From Pecten maximus (lineage: Eukaryota), in contig NC_047028.1 in NCBI RefSeq assembly GCF_902652985.1, positions 35,464,001 through 35,528,000 on the forward strand: DNA of 64,000 nt. The letters are read 5' to 3'. A program made the position numbers and the translations under genes. Positions 13,401-25,500 of the stretch are shown piece by piece. Under the pieces are notes generated by a model. The model was not told where the DNA came from. It saw nothing but the letters and a program-made list of their open reading frames with translations, and searched no databases. Each line of letters begins with the position of its first letter. The stretch's first letter is position 1.

Positions 13401-15150
13401 TAACGTCATATTAACAGCCAGGGTCATTTAAGGACGTGCCAGGTTTGGAGGTGGAGGAAAGCCGGAGTACCCGGAGAAAAACCAACGGCCTACGGTGAGT
13501 ACCTGGCAACTGCCCCACGTAGGTTTCGAACTCACAACCCACAACCCAGAGGTGAAAGGCTAGCGTTAAAGTGTCGAGACACCTTAACCACTCGGCCACC
13601 GCGGTCCCCCAATCGAGAAACATGTAAGATATTTGCCACATATACAAAACATTTAACATTAGTTATTATAAAAATAGAAATGCTAAAATTGACATCTGGT
13701 TAATTGTACCAAGACCAAAAACGGACTATACTGTATATTTGTTAAATTTAACGGGACTAACATTTAGCGGTTACAATCAGACGTAGTTACTAATATTTTT
13801 TTTTTAATTTCGAGCAACTACGTCTGTTCAGCATTATGCTGTTAACATTTCTTTACATTTCAGTTGATATATAGATATTCTCTGTGTATTGCTTGTTGCG
13901 TTATATTCAATGCCAAGGAACAAAGCGAAAATTTTTATTCCAATACTGTATATTTTCACACCTACATTATAATATATTGTTATACCCTTAATCAACAATT
14001 ACTATTGAAATATAGAGAGTAAAAATGCCAAAAATTTAACTGTTGTGGTTGCCGGTCCAAACGACCTGTTAAAATCGACTGTTAAAATTGACTGTTGACC
14101 GCTAACTCTTCCGGAAGTACCCGAATGCGCGCTAGTGATTACGATTTACTGTAAACTTTAGAGTTACCTTCCCTTGCCGTTTGCACATCCTGAAATGGCT
14201 ACGAGTGGTGCAGGCGGTTTGTGTAGGTTTGCCCTAGCGTCTGAAGACGAAATACAGCAAATTTTGGATGACCGTGTTAGCAAATATACGAAAAATGTGG
14301 TGAAAACAGCGGAAAACATATTGACCGACTTTATGTTGATATGCGATCTCTCTCTTACGCTGATCAATGATTATTCAACTGAGGATTTGAACGATTTGCT
14401 GAGAAAGTTTGTCAACTGCGCCGTTCGTAAACAAGATGGAACCATGTATGCTAAAAAGTCCTTAATTTCTTAACATTGTTAATGAATTCATATAATTATG
14501 TTTCATTGTAATCTAGTCTGCATGAAGAAGATAATACATGTAATAAATGTAACAACAAATCAACACACTGTCAATTTTTAAAGCATTGTCAATTTTCTTG
14601 TTATGTCAATAAATTTTTATAAATTCTATTATTGTTATTTTCAGTAAAATATTTGATGTTTGAGAAGGATATAACAAAATAGTTATCGACTGTGATTTCG
14701 GGCAACAGATGCCCTGTTGGACCCTCAAGCAAACTATTGGCCTCGGGCAACATTTTGCTTTCAGGTCCAACAGATCATCTGTTGCCCTCCACCCCAGTCA
14801 ACAACTGTATACTGATGAAAGTTATCAGACAATGGGTTTTTCAAATTAAAAAAATCCGACGGATATGATGAATAATGAAAAACAAATTACCCAACAAACA
14901 TTTTACCTTTTGGGCATTTTTGTTCAGATGTCGATTCCGTTCCCCTTTCCGTGCGTTTCTGTCTGATGTTGTTGGTGCCTGCATACATAGCAGAATGTTT
15001 GACAGTAAAATCTCCGTTCCAGTCTGATTTTGTCATACGAACAAAGTTCTGCCACTTTCCCAACTTTTCCGCTGCTGATAAACCATGATGGAAAGCACAA
15101 GCAATTGCAATAAAAGTGAGATGTGTTGACAATAGCTTGAAAACGTCCAT
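4446..15150 (-). CDS. Type-C LGR (GRL101/RXFP-like LDLa-LRR-7TM GPCR), copy 1; exons 15150-14907, 8730-8617, 8309-5982, 5219-5086, 4511-4446 (2886 nt, 961 aa)
   Basis: All introns are GT-AG with compatible phases (1,1,1,0). Exon 1 encodes a signal-peptide-like N-terminus. Exon 3 has an LDLa motif (CDGVAQCTNSDDESFC), LRRs, hinge (TDTPFMCC...DAISSCYTLI) and TM1-6 (NLSLSDCLMGVY, TIDR, TDFCCWFPI). Exon 4 has TM7 (VYAWVMVFVLPINAAINPFLYT). AATAAA lies at 4279-4274. Linking exon 1 across the 6-kb intron is inferred from phase and from conservation in both copies. Confidence 0.88.
5589..5770. mobile_element. Decayed Tc1/pogo-type MITE in LGR intron 3 (related copy at about 3335-3515)
   Basis: Imperfect TIRs tacatccgaaccttgttatctcgaa ... 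ttcagatgacgaagctcgactg. Confidence 0.55.
5982..8309 (-). CDS. Main 2328-nt exon of LGR copy 1 (LDLa + LRRs + TM1-6)
   Basis: Lies within ORF 5974..8526. Acceptor ttgtgttacag|AACTA, donor ATGG|gtatgt. Confidence 0.95.
9478..9712. repeat. ~53 bp tandem repeat, about 4 copies (single unit in copy 2 at about 27518-27575)
   Basis: Repeated gtccctgtgctatcacattatgatacaaacctagaatgtaacgaattcgcag. Confidence 0.85.
9900..10622. mobile_element. pogo/Tc1-mariner-type MITE with TA target duplication
   Basis: TA|CCGTATAGCGGGAAATTTTAGCGG ... CCGCTAAAATTTTCCGCTATACGG|TA. The empty site aagtacTAtatacg is present in copy 2 at about 27631-27645. Confidence 0.93.
12215..12972 (+). mobile_element. Decayed pearl/HINE-like element (counterpart at about 29887-30880)
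   Basis: 5' aaactagagacccagagggtc, 3' hairpin tgaccacaaggtcaggtgagccaaaa. Confidence 0.6.
13384..13609 (-). mobile_element. Full-length tRNA-derived SINE with 11-bp target-site duplication
   Basis: Head GGGGACCGCGGTGGCCGAGTGGTTAAGG, B-box GAGTTCGAAACC. TSD caatcgagaaa at 13373-13383 and 13610-13620. The empty site is at about 31275-31285. Confidence 0.95.
13970..14812 (+). mobile_element. Internally deleted CryptonA-like (DUF3504-family) element; N-terminal ORF remnant at 14195-14473
   Basis: RFALASEDEIQQIL..SKYTK..T..L..DLNDLLRKF...VRKQDGTMYAKKSL matches the N-terminal domain pattern of Crypton/KCTD1/QRICH1/ZMYM proteins. 3' hairpin gggcaacagat...atctgttgccc. Absent from copy 2. Confidence 0.8.
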
Positions 15151-16864
15151 GATAAAGGAAATTAGCTGTACACGTGCGATTTAATGCAGCTGTGCAGTTA
15201 TGGAAGTTCAAAATGCGTTAGAGCGGTAGCAGCAAGACTATGGCTAATGATTCTGTACTGTGGTCAGCGTCACATATATTTTAATGTTAACTGATGCATA
15301 ATCAATGAAATAGCATAGGAAAAGGGCAAAATAAAAATTCCGATCCTAGTCCATGTTTGCGTCGATCATTGGTCATGCAAATGTGAGAAATATTTGTCCT
15401 TAAAACTACAATTGTGCGTCGATCATTGGTCCTGCAAATGTGAGAACTATTTATTCTAAAAACTAAAATTGAAGATATTAAATATTTCAAATATATTTAA
15501 GCCAATGTTTTAGCCATACAACCCGTGTAGTTTTTCACGGTACTTCTCATTTTGTCTGGCAAGCCGAACTATACTATACATTCCAAACCATTCACAGCGA
15601 CAATATATTTGATTTGCACAATCGGCCAGATTCCTTACTGACACACAAAACTCAATTGACAATTTTCAATAAAGTCCTTTGCCTTCCCGATGACGAACAT
15701 TCATACAACTAAAAAGTTTAAATCAATGTAATTATTAAACACCAAATTGTAATATTACCTCTTCAGGTTTTTTGGGACACATATCATTTTATGAAGCCAT
15801 TTGGTTTATCTATCTTATTTTACCTCCTATTAAAAGCAAGGGCAATCTATGGCCGTGTCAAGTTTTTCAATTAGGATGGTACAACATTAATGCGTAGGCC
15901 ACATTGCTTTCAAGAGTTCAAATAATACCGATTCATCCAAAAGTAAGATAAGTTTTGAAATCGGTGTGTACATTTTCTGGAAATTGTATTTCATACCGAG
16001 TGGTTTAAACGTACCATGGTGATACCATATCAAATTGCCTTCGGAAAGAAGGTCTAACCAATAAACTCGACTCGCACAAAGCCATATTGCTGGAGTTTTA
16101 TCACACTTTATTTGAAGACCTGTCTTTTCAAAATCACGAAAATGTTTGAGGTTTAGGTCTTCATCAAACAAATGAATGTACACTTGGGAGAGGATCGATG
16201 ATTGTGTCCAGCCCCTGTGCCGCCGATGATATATTTTGTATCAGACTTCATTATACAAATACATATGTACGTGGGACAAGATCGTTGCGTGTTTCCAGTC
16301 ATTGTGTCGGTGACATTATAATTTGCATCGGGTTTCTTTATGCGTTATGTGGTTGTTCAGGTCTCTGTTAAAGGCGAATGTCATTGAAACATAGTGTTTT
16401 ACGTCATCATTTCCAGCGGACATCTAATGCCCATGAATGTGTCTCTGACAGTAACGCGGTTTCTCTTGTAAATATATGTCTATTTTGTGATATAAATCAA
16501 ACCCATAATAATTATCGCTAAAGTCTGAATACATGGATATTGTAACGAAGTGAAATATGAAAAAAAGAAGAAGCAAACTTTGATTTAGAATCCTGTCCGC
16601 TCTGGGGCTCGAACCAGCGACCTCTCAATGTCTGGGAGTCACGCACTAGACTAAATGGAAATTCCGTATTTACTCTTTATCTTTATACTATCAACATAAT
16701 ATAATGAATAGGATGAAAATGAAATTGATGATGTCCGGTATTAATTAAAATAACGGCTATTTGCATTAAAAGGGGCGTCAATTAAAAATAACAAATAAAT
16801 CGTCAAAAACATACACGCATCCATCGGCAGGCGTAGACGTTCTTCTCTTCTTCGGACGGAGACA

Positions 16865-16915
16865 ATACCATGACGTCATGATACTGATGACGAAAGGTCA
16901 TTTGTGACGTCATGT
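16865..16915. promoter_or_regulatory. Two perfect CRE (TGACGTCA) sites upstream of the plus-strand gene
   Basis: catgacgtcatg at about 16869 and gtgacgtcatg at about 16904, 40-90 nt before ATG|gtgagt at 16955. Confidence 0.35.
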
Positions 16916-16954
16916 TCATGTTACTAAGCTGCTTAGCAATAGGCAAAAGAGAAG

Positions 16955-18065
16955 ATGGTGAGTCTCTCCGCAAGCATCTTCTTATCTTAATTTTTGGTTT
17001 ACAACAATGGATATCAAGATTTTCTTGATATTCATGGTAATTCTGAACGCTGCTTATCGGGACCTTACGTGGTAAGTTTGGTTATTTTCTATGATTTTTG
17101 TTTTTACATTGATTATATACTTGTACATTTATGGCGCCCTTAATTGTGTCGCAAAAATTTCACCTCAACTTTGCCACTTTATTTGTGTAGCGTGGAGCCC
17201 GAGTCAGGATTCACAAAAAGAATGTTGTATTATTTCAACGCAAGAGAAGTTAGGAAAGCTTGTCCAACGCATGTCGACCTGATGTGGGTAAGTATTGCAT
17301 TCAATTATGATAAAGATTGAAGTTTATATGACTTGTAATTGCGCTTATGCGTTTCGTATGAAATTTATAGACGTATTTCCTTATGGACGTTTTAAGAATT
17401 CCTAACTCCAGGAACCAAGGCCAGCCAAGTAGAATTCTCGAGGTTGATTATAACTATTTGTTTCAGAGAATCGGAAATGAGGTATTCTTTACCCTTCTGT
17501 GTGGGATTATATCACTGATGTTAGTTCACACGTACGTGTATGCACCGTCGATGATTGGAAACCGCGCCAAGGACGGATGGACAGCCGTGCTTGCCATGTT
17601 CAAAGCATGGAGAACTCATAAGTAATGTCGATATTCGTTACCACTTTCAGCGGTTCCTTTCTCTACAAAACAATAACGGTAAACTCCATTCTGCGGATGA
17701 TATTTTAAGGTAGAATACTTGTTGTTACCTTTGTATTTTTGAAAATGTGTTTTAACACACTATCTGTTACTTCAGGCCGTTCCCTCTGTCGTTTCTGTGG
17801 AACTGCTCCATGTCAGGCTAAGCATACATCATGGAAGCGCTTCAGACCCCGTATCAAGAATGTGACCGAGTTCGAGGAGCGATCCAATGCCATGAGGTTG
17901 TTCAGCCTCGGACTGGAGCTGTCCGTCGACCTGACAAAAGAACTTCCCCGTGATGAGCTGTACTGGGCTAGGAAATACAGCGATCAGTTAGAGGAGGACC
18001 ACATGGTTCTATTCCCGCTGTGTATCCAGCATCAAATCAATGACTGGTACCCAGTGCCTTACTAG
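16955..18065 (+). pseudogene. Multi-exon gene, probably frameshifted, ending in a CxxCxxxPC...FPLCIxxxIxxWYP small Cys-rich domain
   Basis: Strong splice signals bound segments 17007-17071, 17191-17287, 17466-17678 and 17777-18065. The last exon reads GRSLCRFCGTAPC...LFPLCIQHQINDWYPVPY*. Frames do not join cleanly across 17466-17678. Confidence 0.5.
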
Positions 18066-21000
18066 GTATGTACCCTGTCCCTCACAAGTATACTCATTTG
18101 TCCCTTGTCGGACAGGGAGTCTCCTTACGTACCCCGGCACGCGACTAAGTAATCTGCTACTCGCATACTCATAACAATTTTCAATTTCATTCAAATTCAA
18201 ATTAATGATTTGAAAATATAAAACACTTTCTGTTTAAGAGAGCGGAACTAGTGTACATGTATACGTTAGTATTACGTTCAATCTGTTATTTATTTATTTA
18301 ACCATTTTCTTTTAGATTCCTTTCAGTGTTTGGCGATGAGATTTAGAAGACTGTCGATGATGGAACATAAGTGGTCGTGGTGACGTCATCGATTCGCATG
18401 ATACCGCCCTAATAAATAGTAGCAACCACGATTTTGTTTTCTTTTTTTTCATTTCTGATTATTGATAAATATTGACCTAGTGATATGTATGTTGTTTTTG
18501 TAACTTTGGTAAGTTTTATATTGTGAAATTGTTATTTTGAAGAGATGAACATTGTACGCAGAACTGTATTACGATACTTTGGTTTGGTTTGTTTTGTTTA
18601 ACTTCCTATTAACAGCCAGGGTCATTCAAGGACGTGCTAGGTTTCAAAGGCGGCAGAAAGCCGGAGTACCTGGAGAAAAACCACCGGCCTACGGTCAGTA
18701 CCTGGCAACTGTCCCACTCAGGTTTCAAACTATCAACCAAGAGGTAGAGGGCTAGTGATGAACTTCAAATTTCAAAACGCGATGAAGGCTTTCCGTCCAT
18801 TTCCTTTTCTTGGTCTGCCTCAGAAGGAAAACCTATATATGAAGTTAAATATAATACCCTGTACGTTCTCAAGAAATAGCGATAACAAATTTTAGTTGAT
18901 AGAATCGAAGAACGTTGTCCATTATACCCTGATCAAATTTAAAAGTGAATGTGCCAAATTAGCGCACAAGGGAAAGCTTAATATCAACTTTGAGAAATTT
19001 AGCTTAAAAATGATACTTTGGTTTTATTTGAGGTCTGCTTTAAAGTGATATAAACTTTAAAATAAAAAGTTATGAAACTTCATGATAAACTATCTGTTTT
19101 ATTTTGTAAAGTGTGTATTGTAAGGAAAGAAAAAAAGCCACCAGTGAAATGACAAGTTTTATATACAGATAAAAATGTATATTCAGATATTGTTTAGATT
19201 TAGAAAGTGTTTATTGTATAGAGTTTTCAGCAAGCTTGTCAGATTTTCAAACATTCTTAATTCTATTCCGGGTGACATTTGTCATAGGCTTTGATGAAAA
19301 AACGTTAAAACTAAATATAGTATTGTTAAATTAATGTATATATATATTATAATTGTAACATAATATACACTTCTGTATCCAACCCTTGAGAGAGAGCTTC
19401 TATAGGCATTGGCCGTTTTCCCAACAAACATTGATTTTTTATTCAGTAAAATCTGTGTCAATTGAAACATTTATTTAGTTGACCAATTTTTTTTCAGCAT
19501 TATTTTTAGGCTTCAACATTTCAACACTTGCACAAAATAGATATTGAAGTCATTATCAAAGATCGGGTTTTACATGCATTCCGTTGCTAGGAACAAAGTT
19601 TTTATCAGAAACTTACCCAAACTGAAATGTAAGCCATTTCTATCGATGGTGAAATTGACATGCACGTCAATTATGAATTGAAATTGTTATAGTTTATATT
19701 AAAATCACCAAGACATGACAAAATGGCGGGATACTCAAGAAATGGAGAAGCATAACATCGATGACATTTTAGTATTTTTTTCAAGAGATTTAAACCTAGG
19801 AAAGATCAGTGTATAAGATAAAGTATACGCATCAGTTACATATGAATAGCATGTCGAAAGAAAGACGTATTCAAGACTCACAATCATAGAATATTCAAGT
19901 AAAACCGATACGCTCAGTTTATTAAATTTTAACTAAAATAGTCTGTCTGATCCCTGTGTTCATTATTGTTGCTTAAAAAATTCAAACATTAAAAGTCAAA
20001 TATATTAACTTTACCGTCCGATAAAATTTCTTTGTTAAGCCATCTGGCCAGGATCGACATAGCAGGAGTTTGCGATTCATATTTCTAACTATGTAAGGTA
20101 ACGCGAGAATCATTTTGCCATTTTGAAATGAAACTGTTCTATTGAAAAACACATTGTCCGCGTTATCTGCGTTATCGCATCCCCAACAAAATGTCAACCA
20201 TTGCCAGAGTATCAACATGAACAGAAGGGAAATCATTTGTGACATATACATGTTTTGAAGGCGTTAAAAGAAATATCAAGTTGTCTATAGACAATGACAG
20301 TAAAAACGAGATAAAATTTAACCCGGACCAATTGCGTGATGCTTGATAAGTGATATAGGATAATAAGTTATAGATGTGAAATGGCTGGACAGATGTACAA
20401 TTAGAGGATACCCCCCAAGTTAGATAGTCGGACAAAACTCTACTCCATTAGTACATGTACATTGATCCTTTTATTTCGCAAGTGTGTTGAGATGGGTATT
20501 ACATGGAGAACTGAAAACTACCTTTGAGGAATATCAAGTATCATTTAACATTTAAATCATCTACATCTTACGACTTTCAATATATGAACGTCGATATCTT
20601 TAAAATAAGATATACCAAAAATCCAAAATAAACTGTCTTTTACATTGTATAGTAATGGCGGCGCCGCGGTGGCCGAGTGGTTAAGGTGTCTCGATGACAC
20701 TTTATCACAAGCTCTACATCTCTGGGTTGCGCGTTCGAAACCCACGTCGGGCATTTGCCTGGTACTCCGGGTACTCCAGCTTTGCCCCATCTCCAAAACC
20801 AGCCACGTCCTTAAATGACCCTGGCTGTTAATAGGACGTTAAACAAAATAAACCACAACTTCAACAGACTCTGATGAGAAAAGAAAAGTCGGAGGTGAGT
20901 ATTGGTCTAAAAACGATATTTTGTTTACATTTCCAATCTGCTTTGATGTGAAGATCTAGAAAATGAAATGTTTTTAATGTTCGTGAATGATAGAGAATAT

Positions 21001-22542
21001 ATTTTATCTTGTAGTAATGAGTATTTTGTATCTGTTTGTCCCATGCAAAGTATCTTGGTCAGGAAACAATTACTTGACACATAAATGATATGTTTCTTCA
21101 CTATTGCTCCACCTATGCTATATTTACTATAGAAAATGTGTATTGTATAGACAGAACAGAGGTGTAAATCGTCACCAGTGAAATGGCAAGGTTTATATAC
21201 AGTCTAGAAAGTGTATATTTTATAGACAGAACAGGGATGTGTATCGTCACCAGTGAATTTAGTGAAATGACAAGGTTTATATACGGTATAGAAAGTGTGT
21301 ATTGTGTAGACAGAACAGGGGTTATTTCGTCACCTGCGAAATGACAAGTTGCATATATATAGCCTAAGAGGGTTCATTGTAAAGTGTTAAACACACAAAA
21401 AAAGTCAGAACCATCATATTTTATCGATATAATCACACAGAGATGAAAATGTTTTGTGACAGAATTTATTACAACGGGAACTTAACTATGGTATACGCCA
21501 AAAACTCGATATATAAAATTCAAAGGGACATGAAAAACTTCTATATATCCCGAATACTCGAAGCAATATTGTATAACATATATGATACTTTTCCGTCTTC
21601 ACCGAATGTGTACTTTGAGCTAAGTAGGTCATTCGTGATATCAGATTTTGAGATAACAAAGTTAGGTTGTATTATTTCAATTGGGTAATTAGATGCAAAA
21701 CAAAAGGACCATGGGCCTTAACGGTCATCAAAGTTCAAAGTTTCAGTCAGCTTGATCTTTTTGGCGCCGGTCTTCAGCCTCTTGAATGTAAGTCATGCTA
21801 ACATGTGAATGCCATCAAAATGTCATACCATACTGATCACTGTAACTAATTCCAATGTCATTTCAACAAATCAAATTAAGATTATATACTTTACCATTAT
21901 AGAAACTACAGTATAGCTTACCCGCGTCCGGCGGGGCATACTGAGATCCCGGGTCATGGAATTCACAATTTTGATAAAGCACCTTAAAACCTAAGATGAG
22001 TAATTTATTCTAACTTAATTGATTGTCCAGAAGAATATTTTAAAAAGAACAGGCGATTTGACTTTTTTGCCCCGCCTCTCAGTACCAGTTTTGCAAATTT
22101 CAATTGTCGAACATAAGACGATGAGAAAAGGTCAATTGAGACATCGATCTCAGGTGACATAAATAGGAGAAAAAAAAATACAATAGAGTTTTGTTGACAG
22201 TCGAATACTGCATGTTCAATGTTTTATCAATATCAATGAATACTGGTGCCATGAATGCTCATCAGAAAACGTAACGTAAGTTACTTATATATTCATATTA
22301 TTACAAATGTACATTTTACTAATATTTTGAAAGCTTCATGTATTTGCTACTTTAAAACTTGTATCAGATACCTACATTTTTGTAATATCTAACAATAAAC
22401 AACTACAATTAGGACATGTTCATGTCATGCTTTATTTCACAAATCTACAAACAAAAATGGAGTAATCCCCGTTCTTTCCAGCGGTGTCTTTCGCTAAGTT
22501 GTATTACACTTCTTGCAAAGAGAAATGGCTGTTAAAGTATAT

Positions 22543-25500
22543 TCATCTCGATTTCGCGTTAATCCTTCTGGTGTTTTTCTTTGACGTCGTCATTGCAATC
22601 TGTTGTTCCTAATAATATAAACAAAACAGATTATTATTGATATACCGATTTCAAATCAGATATGCTACCACTTGTGTTAAGGGGGAAATCTTGTTCAAAA
22701 GACCATAGAGCCTTTTTAATTTAAAAAAAAATATTTAGTTAATTTTTTCGAATTAGGGATATCTCCCACATGACCCACTGATTTAAAAGATGTCTTGAAG
22801 TGTCCTGGAATCTACGATGTACCGTAAACAGTTAAGTCATTAGCCAATTCAGTAACGAGTTAATTTGATCCTACAAGAGATACTTTAATAATGACAAAGT
22901 GAAAACATCTGCTCGCAATTCATTTACTTATAAATTGAGCCAAATTGAAATAATACAGTGTGCTTTCCACGTCTATGACAATCATGAGCGTTTTATTATT
23001 ATTAACTTTTTATTTTATTAAAGTAATTTCATTTTTGCCATCTTTTATATTAGTCACATCGAAAATATTCCCAATTTTCCACTAGAGTAACCGAGATACA
23101 GGTTGGTTGATCGTGTCGACAGACACATTGGTAAGAGTAATTCACATTTTGTTGTTAAAAACCTGGCAACTTACTCTTTGTCGCTTCCTCCATATAGCTG
23201 AGGCCGTGTACAAGAATGGATTGATGGCAGCATTGATTGGCAAAACAAACACCATAACCCACGCATAAACACCGTGCGGCATCTGGTATCCAAATTTTGA
23301 AATCACTCCTGAAAATGTATAAATAAAAAATGCCTATATATATTGCTGACAACAGTAAGACCTATTACGTTGACATTACATCCACCGACCATTTAATAAT
23401 AGTGAAATACAGGGAAATCCAATTGCTTTTTTTTTTTATCTAAGAAGAAAAATCTTTACACCAACGAGAACGCACTCAATCTAAATCACTTCATACATAA
23501 TAGCGGATATCCTTCAATAGTGGTATGAAGGGTTACAGAAATTTAAAACAACAGGTAGAGTGACAGTAGCTTCTGTACCAAAATACTAATGTCTTTCAGG
23601 ATGTGGCAAGTTTAAGTATTCTTTCAAAAGTACCCGATATAATCATATATAGTATTCCACACTTGTAATTTATACATCCGAACCTTGTTATCTCGAAGTC
23701 AGTAGGGTAATGATACAATTACGAGATGTCCCGAGTATTCGAGGTAACCGAGTATATTAAAGATATGTTATCAATACTAATATATATTATGTCCGAACTG
23801 AATTTTTACATTTTTACTTTGAGTAAGCATTGCGTTTGAGGTATCAGATTTCAGATGACGAAGCTCGACTGAATTTTGAACGCTACAGAATAAAACCATG
23901 TGTTAGATAAGTAAAACACTGGTCGAATATCGGTACCGTTATACAATATATTTAATGTTACGTGGTTCAGGGGTGTATACACACATTGAATATACATTTT
24001 TTCTTCGAACTGTCGCCAAGAGCATCGATTTATATATAATATGTCAAACAACAGAAAATAAATATCTACAAAATTCACATACCCATTACGCCGATCGGAA
24101 ACCAACAGCAAAAGTCGGTCGCCACCACCATAAAGAGAGTTCTTGCTACAGATATATCCCGTTGACGAGACTGTGACGAGGCCATACGACGCCCTGGGCT
24201 TGAAATCAAACTTTTAAACATGCAGATTTGCCCTATGGCTATAGCTAAAAAGACGAGACAGTTGAGACAAACAAACACTGCAAACGAATATTCAGCACCT
24301 GGTTGTTCGATGTCAGTCAATGGTAAGGCGAGACATACCCCTGACTGAGAGTAGTATTCCCCCTTGAAGTAGGACTGCATGGAAATAACTGGGATGACTG
24401 CAAGTGTGGTAGAAATAAGCCACAGACACACTGAGACCACGGATGCCTGTTTCCACGAGATGTTCTGTTTGGAAAGACGGGACATTGGGAACATAATGAC
24501 AATGACTCGATCTATCGTCACCAGTAGAATAAGAAACGTCGACATCTCACTGGATATACTGGATAGAACTCCAGCTGTGGTACATAGAGTACTTCTTCTC
24601 CATGTTTGGTTGTTCCATGCGTAGACACCGTTATAATAGATGTCTACAATGCCTATCACAATCATGTAGACGCCCATTAGACAATCTGATAAACTCAAAT
24701 TCAGTACAAAGAACGAATAACTCATTGTAAGATTATCTGTGTCTATGAATAGTCGGTAGAACATGACAGCAAAATTCCCAATTAAAGCACAAACTCCAAT
24801 TACCCAGAGAGATGTTCTTAGTGCAACTGAACCTATCAATGTATAACATGAAGATATCGCATCTCCTTCTGATTTGCAAGACAAATATCCAAACCAACAA
24901 TCCGCCAACTTTTTGTGATCTCTCAAACATCTATTGTCAGAAACAGACGGAGGCTTAACACAACACATGAAAGGAGTATCGGTCAATAAAGTAGACAGAT
25001 TATTTAATCCTTCAAACATGTGTTCCTGTATTTCTATTTTGTTACCTATGATGTTTAAAAGGTTTAATTGACTACAATTGGAAAATATTCCAGCAGGTAA
25101 CATCGTGAAGCTATTGAACGATATATCAAGCAATCTAACAGAGGAAGGTAAAACAGGTATAATGGATAGGGTATTGTTGTTTAGTAAGATCGAGCTAAGC
25201 ACAGATAAACCACTGAAAATATCACCTGGAAGGATTTCTATCTGATTGTGACTTAGAGAAAGATAGTATAGTGTATGTAGTCCCATAAAGACATCAGTCG
25301 GAAGGCTCTTTATATGATTGTTACCTAGAGACAGATCTTTAAGTGTAGATAGTCCAGTAAAGATATAATTTGGAAGAGTTTGTATCTGATTGTTTTCTAG
25401 AGATAGCTGGTAAAGTTTACATAGTCCAGTAAAGATATCATCCGGAAGAATGTTTATCTGATTGTTATTTAAAAACAGATGTGTAAGCTTAGAAAGTCCA

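Larger units (their letters stand above)
1..17350. repeat. Tandem segmental duplication, copy 1 (pairs with 18381-34642; the unit begins before the window)
   Basis: Position 1 matches 18381 (tgacgtcatcgattcgcatg...). Colinear similarity continues to about 17350 / 34642 (...ttgtaattg[c/t]gcttatgc). Confidence 0.97.

Noticed and set aside
13520-13609. tRNA gene (also 2283-2370 and 16590-16650)
   Set aside because: The A/B boxes belong to SINE heads or decayed fragments; I see no complete cloverleaf.
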